Positions 19,689 through 27,592 of a stretch of DNA of 64,000 nt are shown piece by piece; the stretch's first letter is position 1; each line of letters starts with the position of its first letter. Origin of the DNA: an uncultured Rhodospirillales bacterium (GTDB lineage: Bacteria; Pseudomonadota; Alphaproteobacteria; Rhodospirillales; JAPHRK01); assembly GCA_965368335.1 (NCBI GenBank), contig CBDUMN010000002.1:26135-90134 (forward strand), written 5' to 3'. The position numbers and the translations under genes are program-made. The notes beneath the pieces are model-generated. The model was given only the letters and a program-made list of their open reading frames with translations, searched no databases and was not told the DNA's origin.

Positions 19689-19833
19689 TTGACCAGAAGC
19701 CGCACCCTGTGAATTTTGGCGGCTGGGGGTGGGGGGCGGTTGCATCCCTACGCCTCCGGGCTGGCGGGACCGCACGGGGGCTCACGCGCACATCACGGAA
19801 TGGCTATGATTAATTTTGAATAGGAAAATCAAA

Positions 19834-20259
19834 ATGAACACCATCTTCGAACACGACGACACACCAATTTTTGCGTGCGCGCGCCGCGATGAACTTGCTC
19901 GGCGGTGGCGGGAGGAAGGCGACGAACGCGCTTTGGAAATTCTGCTCGCTGCCTCGGCTCCCGACCTTCGCTCCGGGCCGCTTCGCGGCGAGCGTGATCG
20001 TGAAATTCGGGCTGTTGCCGCGTGGCTGGAAGCAGCGTTGCCCGGAGTGAACAAAACCAGCCTCGCAAAACTTCTCGCCAAGGCCGGGCGTGCGGTAGGC
20101 CGGGGTGATTCACTTCGACCGACAGTTTTCCCCGGCCTAGACGACGGGGAACGCTTGGAACTGGCCGCCCGTCTTGAAAAAATCCTAGCGTGGTCGCCGA
20201 GCACGACGCGCAACGCTGTGTGGCCGTCAAAACGCCAGATTGATGCTATTTTGAAGTAA
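19834..20259 (+). CDS. Island hypothetical protein (141 aa)
   Basis: ATG at 19834 (MNTIFEHDD). Arg/Ala-rich and helical. The antisense 173-aa ORF looks like a GC artefact. Confidence 0.5.
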   Translation: MNTIFEHDDTPIFACARRDELARRWREEGDERALEILLAASAPDLRSGPLRGERDREIRAVAAWLEAALPGVNKTSLAKLLAKAGRAVGRGDSLRPTVFPGLDDGERLELAARLEKILAWSPSTTRNAVWPSKRQIDAILK

Positions 20260-20303
20260 TCGGATTGGACCTGTCCTGAAAAAGTGGAGTGTATCTCACT
20301 CAT

Positions 20304-21161
20304 TTAGGCAGCCCGTCTCTCAAACTTGATCGGGCTGAGGCCGTTTAGGTATGAATGGCGTCGGCGGGCATTGTAAAATCCGTTTATGTATTTGAACAAT
20401 ACCTTTCTGGCCTGCTCCCGTGTCCGGAAGGCGATTTTCCAGACCATTTCCGCCTTCAGGGTTTTGAAGAAGGTCTCCACGGCGGCATTGTCGTAGCAAT
20501 TTCCCTTGCCGGACATGGACTGTCTGAACTTATGTGTGGTGAGCAATCTTCTGAACTCGTTGGAGCAATATTGCGAGCCGCGATCCGAATGAAAGATCAC
20601 GCCTTCAGGCGGCTTGCGAAGAGCTATGGCCTTGTTCAAGGCGTCGATGACCAAGTCCTTTTTCATCCGCCGGCTTGCCGACCAGCCGATCACTCGGCGG
20701 GAATAAAGATCGATCACGACCGCTAGGTAAAGCCAGCCTTCCTTCGTCCAGAGATAGGTGATGTCGCCAGCCCATTTCCGGTCAGGCCCAGAAGCCTCAA
20801 AGCCCCCCTCCAACAGGTTGGGGGAGATGTTGTGGCTATGGTCGCTATCCGTCGTGCGTTTGAACTTCCGGCTTCGCACGACCCGCAAAGCGTTTTCCTT
20901 CATGAGGCGGGCAACGCGGTGCGGACCGACATCAATGCCTTGCTCCTTCAATTCGTCCGTCATGCGGCCACGGCCATAGGCTTGGTAATTGGCGTGATGA
21001 ATAGATTTGATGTGAGCGAGCAGAACCAGATCTTCACGCTGGTGTCTACTTGCAGGGCGGCTTCGCCAAGCGAAATAGCCGCTTTCGGAAACGTTCATAG
21101 CCCGGCATAGCCTTGCGATGCTGTGGCTTTGACGCTGCTCGTGAATGAACGGGAACTTCAC
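20304..21161 (-). CDS. IS3 transposase OrfB (DDE/rve integrase core), probably expressed as an OrfAB -1 frameshift fusion
   Basis: 285 aa with an rve-like core (WAGDITYLWT...HSDRGSQY...NAAVE). Confidence 0.9.
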   Translation of the reverse strand: MKFPFIHEQRQSHSIARLCRAMNVSESGYFAWRSRPASRHQREDLVLLAHIKSIHHANYQAYGRGRMTDELKEQGIDVGPHRVARLMKENALRVVRSRKFKRTTDSDHSHNISPNLLEGGFEASGPDRKWAGDITYLWTKEGWLYLAVVIDLYSRRVIGWSASRRMKKDLVIDALNKAIALRKPPEGVIFHSDRGSQYCSNEFRRLLTTHKFRQSMSGKGNCYDNAAVETFFKTLKAEMVWKIAFRTREQARKVLFKYINGFYNARRRHSYLNGLSPIKFERRAA

Positions 21162-21430
21162 GGCTTTTGGCTCGCAAAGTAACGAGCCGCCTTTTTTAGA
21201 ATATCCCTCTCCTCCTTGAGTTCACGAACTTCACGGTGGAGGCGGGCAAGCTCCTTGTGAACATCATCAGATGGCTCAGAGGCCTCCCTGTCCCGGTGCA
21301 AGGAAATCCACCGGTTAAGGCTGTTCACGCTAATGCCGAAATCTTCAGCGACCACCCGGCGGGACTGGCCGCTCGTCAAGGCGACGTGAACCGCTTCAGC
21401 TCGGAATTCAGGGGTAATCTTTCTCTTCAT
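21158..21430 (-). CDS. IS3 transposase OrfA (HTH)
   Basis: 90 aa. FGISVNSLNRWI is the HTH and a leucine-zipper-like region follows. It ends just past the slippery AAAAAAG at 21191..21197. Confidence 0.9.
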   Translation of the reverse strand: MKRKITPEFRAEAVHVALTSGQSRRVVAEDFGISVNSLNRWISLHRDREASEPSDDVHKELARLHREVRELKEERDILKKAARYFASQKP

Positions 21431-21542
21431 GGCGTTCTCCTGTCGTCAACGTAATTAACTCAGGAGACACACTCCACTTTTTCAGGACAGGTCCAGATTG
21501 TGCAACTTCTCACATATCGATTGCACACCCGATGGGGAGAAC

Positions 21543-22064
21543 ATGACGGAAGTTAATCCCCAATGGAGCTTCCAAAAGATGTTCACCAAAACACTACCAC
21601 CGAAAAAGCCCGCCGCCGTGGTCGCCGCCGAGCATGTTCTTCGCCGTGCCCGCGAGAAACAGGCCGAGGCCGAGGCGGTCCATTTCGCGACAATTCACGC
21701 TAAAGACACGGCGGGCCGCTCGATTGCGACCGGTTCCAACGATTCCCGGCTTCGCGCCGAACACCGGGCCGCCGCCGAAGCGTTGGCCGAGGCCAAGGCG
21801 GCGACGAAATCAGCGCGGCAGGGACTTAAAGAAGCGCGGGAGAAGTGGCGGCCCGCATACCGCAAGGCGGTCGAACCGATGGCGGAACAAGTTGAAGCGA
21901 CCCTCCGCGAAGGCTTGGCGATAGTAGAGTCCGCCGCTGCCGCGTTGACCGATCTTGACCTGGAATCCGAAAGGCACGGCGGCATGCCGAAACCCGGCCT
22001 CATTTATCAAGCTCGGTCCATAGCGCTCGCGCTCGACGGGCTTAAACGCTCGCTCAAGCGGTGA
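21543..22064 (+). CDS. Island hypothetical protein (173 aa, Ala/Arg/Glu-rich, probably coiled coil)
   Basis: ATG at 21543 preceded by GGGGAGA. It ends 4 nt before the ClpP-like gene. Confidence 0.55.
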   Translation: MTEVNPQWSFQKMFTKTLPPKKPAAVVAAEHVLRRAREKQAEAEAVHFATIHAKDTAGRSIATGSNDSRLRAEHRAAAEALAEAKAATKSARQGLKEAREKWRPAYRKAVEPMAEQVEATLREGLAIVESAAAALTDLDLESERHGGMPKPGLIYQARSIALALDGLKRSLKR

Positions 22065-22068
22065 GAAC

Positions 22069-22719
22069 ATGGCTTCCACCGATAGAACCCGCCTTGCCCG
22101 TGCCCGAAAACTGTCGGTCGCGATGATCACGCTCCATGCTCACTCAACCGAAGCGCCAGCCGACCGAACCCGCCGTCTAAGAGCGTCCCCGCTAATCGAA
22201 ATGTGCGGTGAGATTGATGAAAAACTCGGCGCTTCGGTTTGCCGAAAACTCGACGCGCTGAAAGGAAGCCCGTCCATTTTGATGTGGATAAATTCGCCGG
22301 GCGGTAGCGTCGTCGAGGCGGGGAAAATATGCTCGGCACTGGACCGGCTAACCGACAACGGCTGTGTGGTTTCGGCGCACGCTCAAAAAGATTGTTCTTC
22401 CGCCGCGATGGCAGTTTTTTTGCGCGCCACCGAACGAACCGCCGCCTCAGGAACGCGGCTTTTGGTGCACCGCGCCGCCTTGCCGATAGGCCTTTCCGAA
22501 TATCGCAACGCCGCCGACCTACGCCGGATCATCAACCTGCTTGAGGATGAGGACCGTGCGGCCCTCCATGAATTCGAGGGCCGCCTCGGTCGCGCGATGC
22601 CGCGTTTTATGCGTCGCGATTTTTTGAGGGGAAAAGACATCCGCATCAGCCAGACCGTGGCTCGCGACCTCGGCTTAGTTCATGGCTTCTCAAGCGGGAT
22701 AAAATCAAAATGTACGTGA
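22069..22719 (+). CDS. ClpP-like (S14 family) serine protease, orphan
   Basis: INSPGGSV, a catalytic-Ser context (CSSAAMAVF) and a His context (LLVHRA) follow the ClpP family pattern. Confidence 0.7.
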   Translation: MASTDRTRLARARKLSVAMITLHAHSTEAPADRTRRLRASPLIEMCGEIDEKLGASVCRKLDALKGSPSILMWINSPGGSVVEAGKICSALDRLTDNGCVVSAHAQKDCSSAAMAVFLRATERTAASGTRLLVHRAALPIGLSEYRNAADLRRIINLLEDEDRAALHEFEGRLGRAMPRFMRRDFLRGKDIRISQTVARDLGLVHGFSSGIKSKCT

Positions 22720-22928
22720 TGAATCAGGAACTTAGAGCGCAGATAGTGGCAATCAAAACCGCGCTCGGCCCGTCGCATCCCGCGCTCTTGGCGCTTGCCA
22801 GAGCGACCAGCTTGCGCGACCACAGCGCCGCCTTGGCGCTACTAACGAAAGACGAGCGGCTGGCGGTCGGGGCTCTGTTGAAAAGCGACGGACCGGTCGG
22901 AACGGGCTCATTCTCAATCCGGTTCTGA
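22719..22928 (+). CDS. Island hypothetical protein (69 aa)
   Basis: The ATG overlaps the protease stop by 1 nt. The track start at 22710 is also possible. Confidence 0.45.
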   Translation: MNQELRAQIVAIKTALGPSHPALLALARATSLRDHSAALALLTKDERLAVGALLKSDGPVGTGSFSIRF

Positions 22929-23207
22929 CTGCACCACAGCAGCTTCTACGTCACGTCCACAATGCTTACATACTATCGCCGCTGCTTTAATTTCTTCTGC
23001 ACAATAAGGGCAAGTTCGCGTCTCGGCTGTCAAATTGATAGCTACATCAGAAACGCTTGGCATCGCCAACAGCGCCACCAAGCCGAAAACACCGAACACC
23101 AATCCTAAGACAAACCAGGCCCCAGCACTCCGCCCACGTCCTGGGGCAATCACAGAGCACAAAACACCAAACCCCATCCAAATCATAATGATTATCGTTT
23201 CAATCAT
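22914..23207 (-). CDS. Small membrane protein with a C-terminal zinc ribbon
   Basis: Start at MIETIII. Two hydrophobic helices are followed by CPYC...CKHC. Confidence 0.55.
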   Translation of the reverse strand: MIETIIIMIWMGFGVLCSVIAPGRGRSAGAWFVLGLVFGVFGLVALLAMPSVSDVAINLTAETRTCPYCAEEIKAAAIVCKHCGRDVEAAVVQSEPD

Positions 23208-23347
23208 TTCATTTATCCTTTTGTTCGGAAGGCAGGGGAGAGACGGCACCGTGAGAACATTGTGTAACACGAGTAAGTACGGCAAATAGTTTTAAAGCAT
23301 TCATTTCGACCTGCTGTTCTCCCTGATTAGCTGTGCAATCATAGTAA

Positions 23348-23578
23348 GTTCTTGCCAAGATTGCGACATGGAATAGGCGCTACCCTGGCTGCCGATGTCC
23401 CTTCGAAAAACCAATCACATTTGAAGGTCAAATGAAGGCGCTGGATGGCGATACGCTCAAATTTGAAAAACAAAGGCTACGTTTGTTTGGGGCCGCTGCA
23501 CCTGAGATGGACGACCCGCGTGGCCCACTGGCCCGAGCTGCCATAGATGATCTAATCGCCGGGAACAGAAGGAGATAA
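23348..23578 (+). pseudogene. Truncated SNase/thermonuclease-like fragment
   Basis: The open frame reads ...ITFEGQMKALDGDTLKFEKQRLRLFGAAAPEMDDPRGPLARAAIDDL then stops. This matches the GDT...RLxGIDAPE N-terminal core of SNase proteins, as in the intact gene at 27589..28056. It has no signal peptide and no C-terminal half. Confidence 0.45.
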
Positions 23579-23598
23579 ATCGGCAACGCCTTATCCAT

Positions 23599-23631
23599 GA
23601 ACCGTAGATCAATAATGCCGATCTACGGTTC
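23599..23631 (+). terminator. Hairpin followed by a T-run
   Basis: 12-bp perfect stem (gaaccgtagatc / gatctacggttc) with a 9-nt loop, followed by aagcttttt. Confidence 0.4.
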
Positions 23632-23848
23632 AAGCTTTTTGAACAGCGTTATGAGGTTTTTCGCAACGTCCAAAAGATAATCAATCAGACTTTGGGGAGC
23701 AGGTCAGAGCTATTAACTTGGCTCAACAATCAAACAGCCGCATATCATGATCTGCTGCAACCATATCTCCACTTCCCTAAACGCTACTGATGATTAAACT
23801 TTGAAATCGCCGCAGGGTCGGCGGGCACTGGACCGGAGGGGGTATATT

Positions 23849-24439
23849 GTGACTGATAGTGGGCAAGACCAGGCAGATTTCAGGACACAAATCGAAAAAG
23901 TCCGTCTTGGGCAAGAAGACATCCGCTTGAAGCAAGAGGACCTCCGTTTGCATTGGGAGCGGTGGAACCTCGACGTGGCTCCACTACAAAAAAAGGCTGG
24001 CGAAGCTACTGCACACGCGGTTGAATATTCTACATTGGCGCTCCGAACGCTTATCTTAATCAACGGCGGTGCTCTTTTGGCACTTCCCGCTTTTTCCCAG
24101 TTTGATAATGGCCTTAGTTTTACTAACCTTGGTTGGGCTATGGCATGTTTTGTTCTTGGCCTTTTCGGTGCGGGAATTGCCTTACTTAGCGGGTATCTCT
24201 CTCTTGCAGCTTCTACAAAAAGGTTTTCACATGAAGCAACGGCTAGAGCAATTGTGTTAAATGCTCGTGATAACCTAAACGATGAACAGAAAAAAAATAA
24301 AGAAGACGCGGATAAGAAGGCCGCCGACCAGTCCGGCAAAGAAAGCAAATGGGAGGTTGTTGCATTAGTGGCCGCTATCGTCTCCCTCCTGCTTTTTGTG
24401 ATTGGGTGCTTTCTCGGCGGGAAAGCAATAGCTGGCTGA
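23849..24439 (+). CDS. Island membrane protein (about 3 TM helices, charged N-terminus)
   Basis: GTG at 23849 lies 6 nt after GGAGGGGG. Hydrophobic segments include LILINGGALLALPAF, WAMACFVLGLFGAGIALL and VALVAAIVSLLLFVIGCF. Confidence 0.55.
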   Translation: MTDSGQDQADFRTQIEKVRLGQEDIRLKQEDLRLHWERWNLDVAPLQKKAGEATAHAVEYSTLALRTLILINGGALLALPAFSQFDNGLSFTNLGWAMACFVLGLFGAGIALLSGYLSLAASTKRFSHEATARAIVLNARDNLNDEQKKNKEDADKKAADQSGKESKWEVVALVAAIVSLLLFVIGCFLGGKAIAG

Positions 24440-24566
24440 ATTCTTAGTCTCGCTCAGCCTCTATTCCTGCACGGACCCTCTATCGGGGTAGATTGTGGCT
24501 AGCTACTGCCGTTCCTCAACTGCCTATCCAATTGCAATACTCTTACATTAGTTCTATAACCCTAAT

Positions 24567-24581
24567 GTTCCCCATATGTTC
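24567..24581 (+). promoter_or_regulatory. Alphaproteobacterial-type LexA (SOS) box
   Basis: GTTC-cccatat-GTTC fits GTTC-N7-GTTC and lies 17 nt upstream of the umuD ATG. A third GTTC is at 24551. Confidence 0.6.
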
Positions 24582-24597
24582 CTTCACTGGGCTACCT

Positions 24598-25008
24598 ATG
24601 CTTTATCGTGCTGAAACCACCACTTCCTGCCCTCTCCCTTTGTTCTCTTCAACGGTTCGCGCGGGGTTCCCAAGTCCTGCGGAGGACTTCGTTGAGGGAA
24701 GCTTGGACCTAAATAAACACCTCATTGAACACCCTGCCGCCACGTTCTTTATGCGGGTCTCTGGAGACTCGATGACGGGGGCCGGTATTTATCCCGATGA
24801 CCTCTTGGTGGTGGACAGAAGTCTCAAGGCGGTTGCTGGGAATATCGTGATTGCTGTCCTGCATGGTGAATTGACGGTGAAGCGCCTAGCCAAAGAAAAG
24901 GAGGCGTGGTTTCTGAAGGCGGAAAACCCTGACTACCCAAGGTTCGAGTTGCCTGAGGATGCTGAAATCTGGGGAGTTGTCACAAGCTCTATACGAGCCC
25001 TCCGATGA
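24598..25008 (+). CDS. umuD: Translesion polymerase V accessory subunit UmuD (S24 peptidase)
   Basis: An Ala-Gly cleavage context ([12 protein letters not shown]), GDSM (Ser) and VKRL (Lys). The ATG at 24598 is preferred over the track start. Confidence 0.88.
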   Translation: MLYRAETTTSCPLPLFSSTVRAGFPSPAEDFVEGSLDLNKHLIEHPAATFFMRVSGDSMTGAGIYPDDLLVVDRSLKAVAGNIVIAVLHGELTVKRLAKEKEAWFLKAENPDYPRFELPEDAEIWGVVTSSIRALR

Positions 25009-26270
25009 TCATCGCCCTAGTCGATTGCAATAACTTTTATTGTTCCTGTGAACGGGTGTTCCAGCCAAGGCTTGAAGGACGTCCCGTTGTTGTTCTCTCC
25101 AACAATGATGGTTGTGTGATTGCCCGTAGCAATGAGGCCAAAGCTTTGGGGGTTCCCATGGGGGCTCCTTACTTCAAGCACAGGGAAGTCTTGCAGAAAG
25201 CTGGCGTTGCCGTCCGGTCCAGCAACTATGCTCTCTATGGCGATATGAGTCACAGGGTAACGACAGTCTTGAGCCGCTTCACACCTAACATTGAGGTTTA
25301 CAGCATTGATGAATGTTTCCTGGACCTCTCAGGCTTCAATGGTCGCGATCTAACGGCCTATGGACAGACGATCCGCGACACAGCCAAGCAATGGACGGGC
25401 ATCCCGGTTTCCGTTGGTATTGGCCCGACAAAGACCCTTGCTAAGATCGCCAATCGCATCGCCAAGAAAGACCTGGAGGCAGATGGTGTCTGTGACCTCA
25501 CCGATCCTGCCTTGGCTGAAGCTGCGATGAGCAATACAGAAGTCGGTGATGTTTGGGGCATTGGCAGACGTTGGCGAAAAATGCTGGAAGGTCGAGGCAT
25601 CCATACAGCCAAGGACTTGAGGGATGCCCAGGAAGGCTGGATTCGTCAGAAGATGGGCGTGGTCGGCCATAGAACCGTTATGGAGCTTCGTGGAACCCCT
25701 TGCGTTGACCTTGAAACCGTTCCTCATGACAAGCAAACGGTCTACGTTTCCCGTACCTTCGGCAAGCCCATGACGGACTACGAGGGGCTTCACGCAGCCA
25801 TATCGACCTTCGTCATGAAGGCAGCGGAAAAGCTACGCAAGCTCGACCTTGTGGCGACCCACATCAACGTCTTCGTTCACACGGACCCCTTTCGGGAAGA
25901 CCGGGCGCAGTACAGCAATTCGGTTACGGTCGATCTTCTGACAGCGACCAATCATAGCGGCAAGATTTTAGCCGCAGCCTTGCGTGGACTGAGAGGCATT
26001 TACCGTTCTGGATACCACTACAAACGAGCCGGTATTCTGCTTCTAGACCTAGAGCGGTCAGGCTATGCACCCAGGACATTGTTTGATCATGAGGACCAGA
26101 AAGGGCAACGCCTCATGGCTGCTGTCGATGCCATCAACAAACGCTATGGTCACGGCATGGTCAATTACGGACAGATCAGGCGCTCATCGACGTGGTACAT
26201 GACGCAAGAGCACCGATCACCCAGGTTCACCACTCAGTGGGATGAATTGCCTGTAGTAAAATCTAGCTAA
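25005..26270 (+). CDS. umuC: Y-family DNA polymerase V catalytic subunit UmuC
   Basis: 421 aa. [16 protein letters not shown] and SIDECFLD are Y-family motifs. It overlaps umuD in an ATGA. Confidence 0.92.
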   Translation: MIIALVDCNNFYCSCERVFQPRLEGRPVVVLSNNDGCVIARSNEAKALGVPMGAPYFKHREVLQKAGVAVRSSNYALYGDMSHRVTTVLSRFTPNIEVYSIDECFLDLSGFNGRDLTAYGQTIRDTAKQWTGIPVSVGIGPTKTLAKIANRIAKKDLEADGVCDLTDPALAEAAMSNTEVGDVWGIGRRWRKMLEGRGIHTAKDLRDAQEGWIRQKMGVVGHRTVMELRGTPCVDLETVPHDKQTVYVSRTFGKPMTDYEGLHAAISTFVMKAAEKLRKLDLVATHINVFVHTDPFREDRAQYSNSVTVDLLTATNHSGKILAAALRGLRGIYRSGYHYKRAGILLLDLERSGYAPRTLFDHEDQKGQRLMAAVDAINKRYGHGMVNYGQIRRSSTWYMTQEHRSPRFTTQWDELPVVKSS

Positions 26271-26384
26271 CTGATTTTATGGATTGCGGTTTGGAACTTT
26301 TTACTAGGTCAAAAATCTAGGGGCGATTCAGTGATCCTGGTAATCCGCACAGCCGCAAACGCCACCAGTAATATGGGATCGAAT

Positions 26385-27029
26385 CTAATCATCATTCCGC
26401 TCGACCCTGACCGCTGTTCCATTGGCGACCAGCATCAGCATTCCATGCTTCCCGCCCCCAGAAATTTCTTGATAGTCGAGGTCGGTCGCTATCACTGCAT
26501 TCGCCCCTACTAAATGGGCCTCAGTTCGGAGTTCTGCGAGACACGTTCGCTTCGCATCACGTAGCACCTTCTGTGAGGCTTTGCTTCTTCCGCCAAAAAC
26601 ATCCCGAACCTCAGCAAAAATGTCGCGGAAGATGTTCATCCCATAGACGCACTCGGCGGAAATCAAATCAATAGTTTCAACGACTCGGTAGCCCTCAAGA
26701 GTGGGGGCTGTTGTCACTATGACATTTTTGGCTTCTAGCTTAGCTTGAAATGCATCGATTTCATCTGGATTAACTTGACGTGTTGATAGTCGCAAAGGCC
26801 CAGATTGTGCGCTTAGCTCCATCATTTCGCCAGAACGGATGATTTGTAGCGTTACCGTTTCAGAGTTTCGGTGTTGAGCGATTGCTTCCGTTAATTGCTG
26901 GGAAGTGCCAATCCGTTGGCCCATGTAGGAGTACAGCAAATCGCCTTCACGAACACCAGCTTCATAAGCATTATTTCCTGAATCAACTGTGACTACAATT
27001 ATTGTGTTTTCATCGAGATCATAGCTCAT
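26385..27029 (-). CDS. PDZ-like domain fused to a YbjQ/UPF0145 domain
   Basis: The N-terminus is PDZ-like ([27 protein letters not shown]...[14 protein letters not shown]). The C-terminus is TTAPTLEGY...[18 protein letters not shown]...[14 protein letters not shown]...LVANGTAV, which aligns by eye along E. coli YbjQ. A strong SD (GGGAGGGGGAG) precedes it. Confidence 0.75.
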   Translation of the reverse strand: MSYDLDENTIIVVTVDSGNNAYEAGVREGDLLYSYMGQRIGTSQQLTEAIAQHRNSETVTLQIIRSGEMMELSAQSGPLRLSTRQVNPDEIDAFQAKLEAKNVIVTTAPTLEGYRVVETIDLISAECVYGMNIFRDIFAEVRDVFGGRSKASQKVLRDAKRTCLAELRTEAHLVGANAVIATDLDYQEISGGGKHGMLMLVANGTAVRVERNDD

Positions 27030-27052
27030 AACTCCCCCTCCCTTTATAGCAA

Positions 27053-27592
27053 TTAGGCCAACTTTACCGCTGTCCCATTCGCTACCAGCATAATCATCCC
27101 CCCATCCTTGTATCCGGGAAATTCTTGGTAATCTAAGTCGATTGCAATCACAGCGTCCGCTCCAACCATCAATGCTTCTCGACGAAGCTCTGTTAAAGCT
27201 GTGCGACGAGCGTCCCTAAGAACTTTCTGGGAAGCCCTACTTCTCCCGCCCACAACATCACGAACGGCTGCAAACATATCTCTAAACATATTCATGCCAA
27301 AGACGCACTCGGCGGAAATGATTTCAATCTCATGTTCAATTTCGCGCCCTGCAACCTGAAAAGAAGTTGTGAGGACAATTTCAGAAGCAACTCGGGAAAT
27401 AATTTCTGCTGGAGTATCTGACCAATCTCCAGACTCGCGGGACTTATCAATTAACGCCTGTTGGTGGGCCTCAATTCGTTCCCTACGGTCCGCATCAGTA
27501 GGTAGCGGAGCATTGCAATGCGGGCAGGCTGTCTGGTCCGAATACGTTTCTTTCTGACATGATGGGCAGGTAACTACAGTTGAAAGCATCAT
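27053..27592 (-). CDS. Zinc-ribbon domain fused to a YbjQ/UPF0145 domain
   Basis: The N-terminus carries CPSC...CPHC. The C-terminal YbjQ domain is paralogous to 26385..27029. The ATG at 27592 overlaps the SNase stop (ATGA). Confidence 0.75.
   Translation of the reverse strand: MMLSTVVTCPSCQKETYSDQTACPHCNAPLPTDADRRERIEAHQQALIDKSRESGDWSDTPAEIISRVASEIVLTTSFQVAGREIEHEIEIISAECVFGMNMFRDMFAAVRDVVGGRSRASQKVLRDARRTALTELRREALMVGADAVIAIDLDYQEFPGYKDGGMIMLVANGTAVKLA

Larger units (their letters stand above)
20266..21495 (-). mobile_element. IS3-family insertion sequence, apparently intact
   Basis: The ends are TG...CA. The terminal inverted repeats are perfect for 27 bp (tggacctgtcctgaaaaagtggagtgt). 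A 3-bp direct duplication GAT lies at 20263..20265 and 21496..21498. The orfA/orfB arrangement includes an A6G slippery site. Confidence 0.9.

Noticed and set aside
19718-19739. A G-rich run as a G-quadruplex
   Set aside because: There are only two long G runs plus short GG pairs, so the G4 potential is weak. It is mentioned only as context for the origin-like region.
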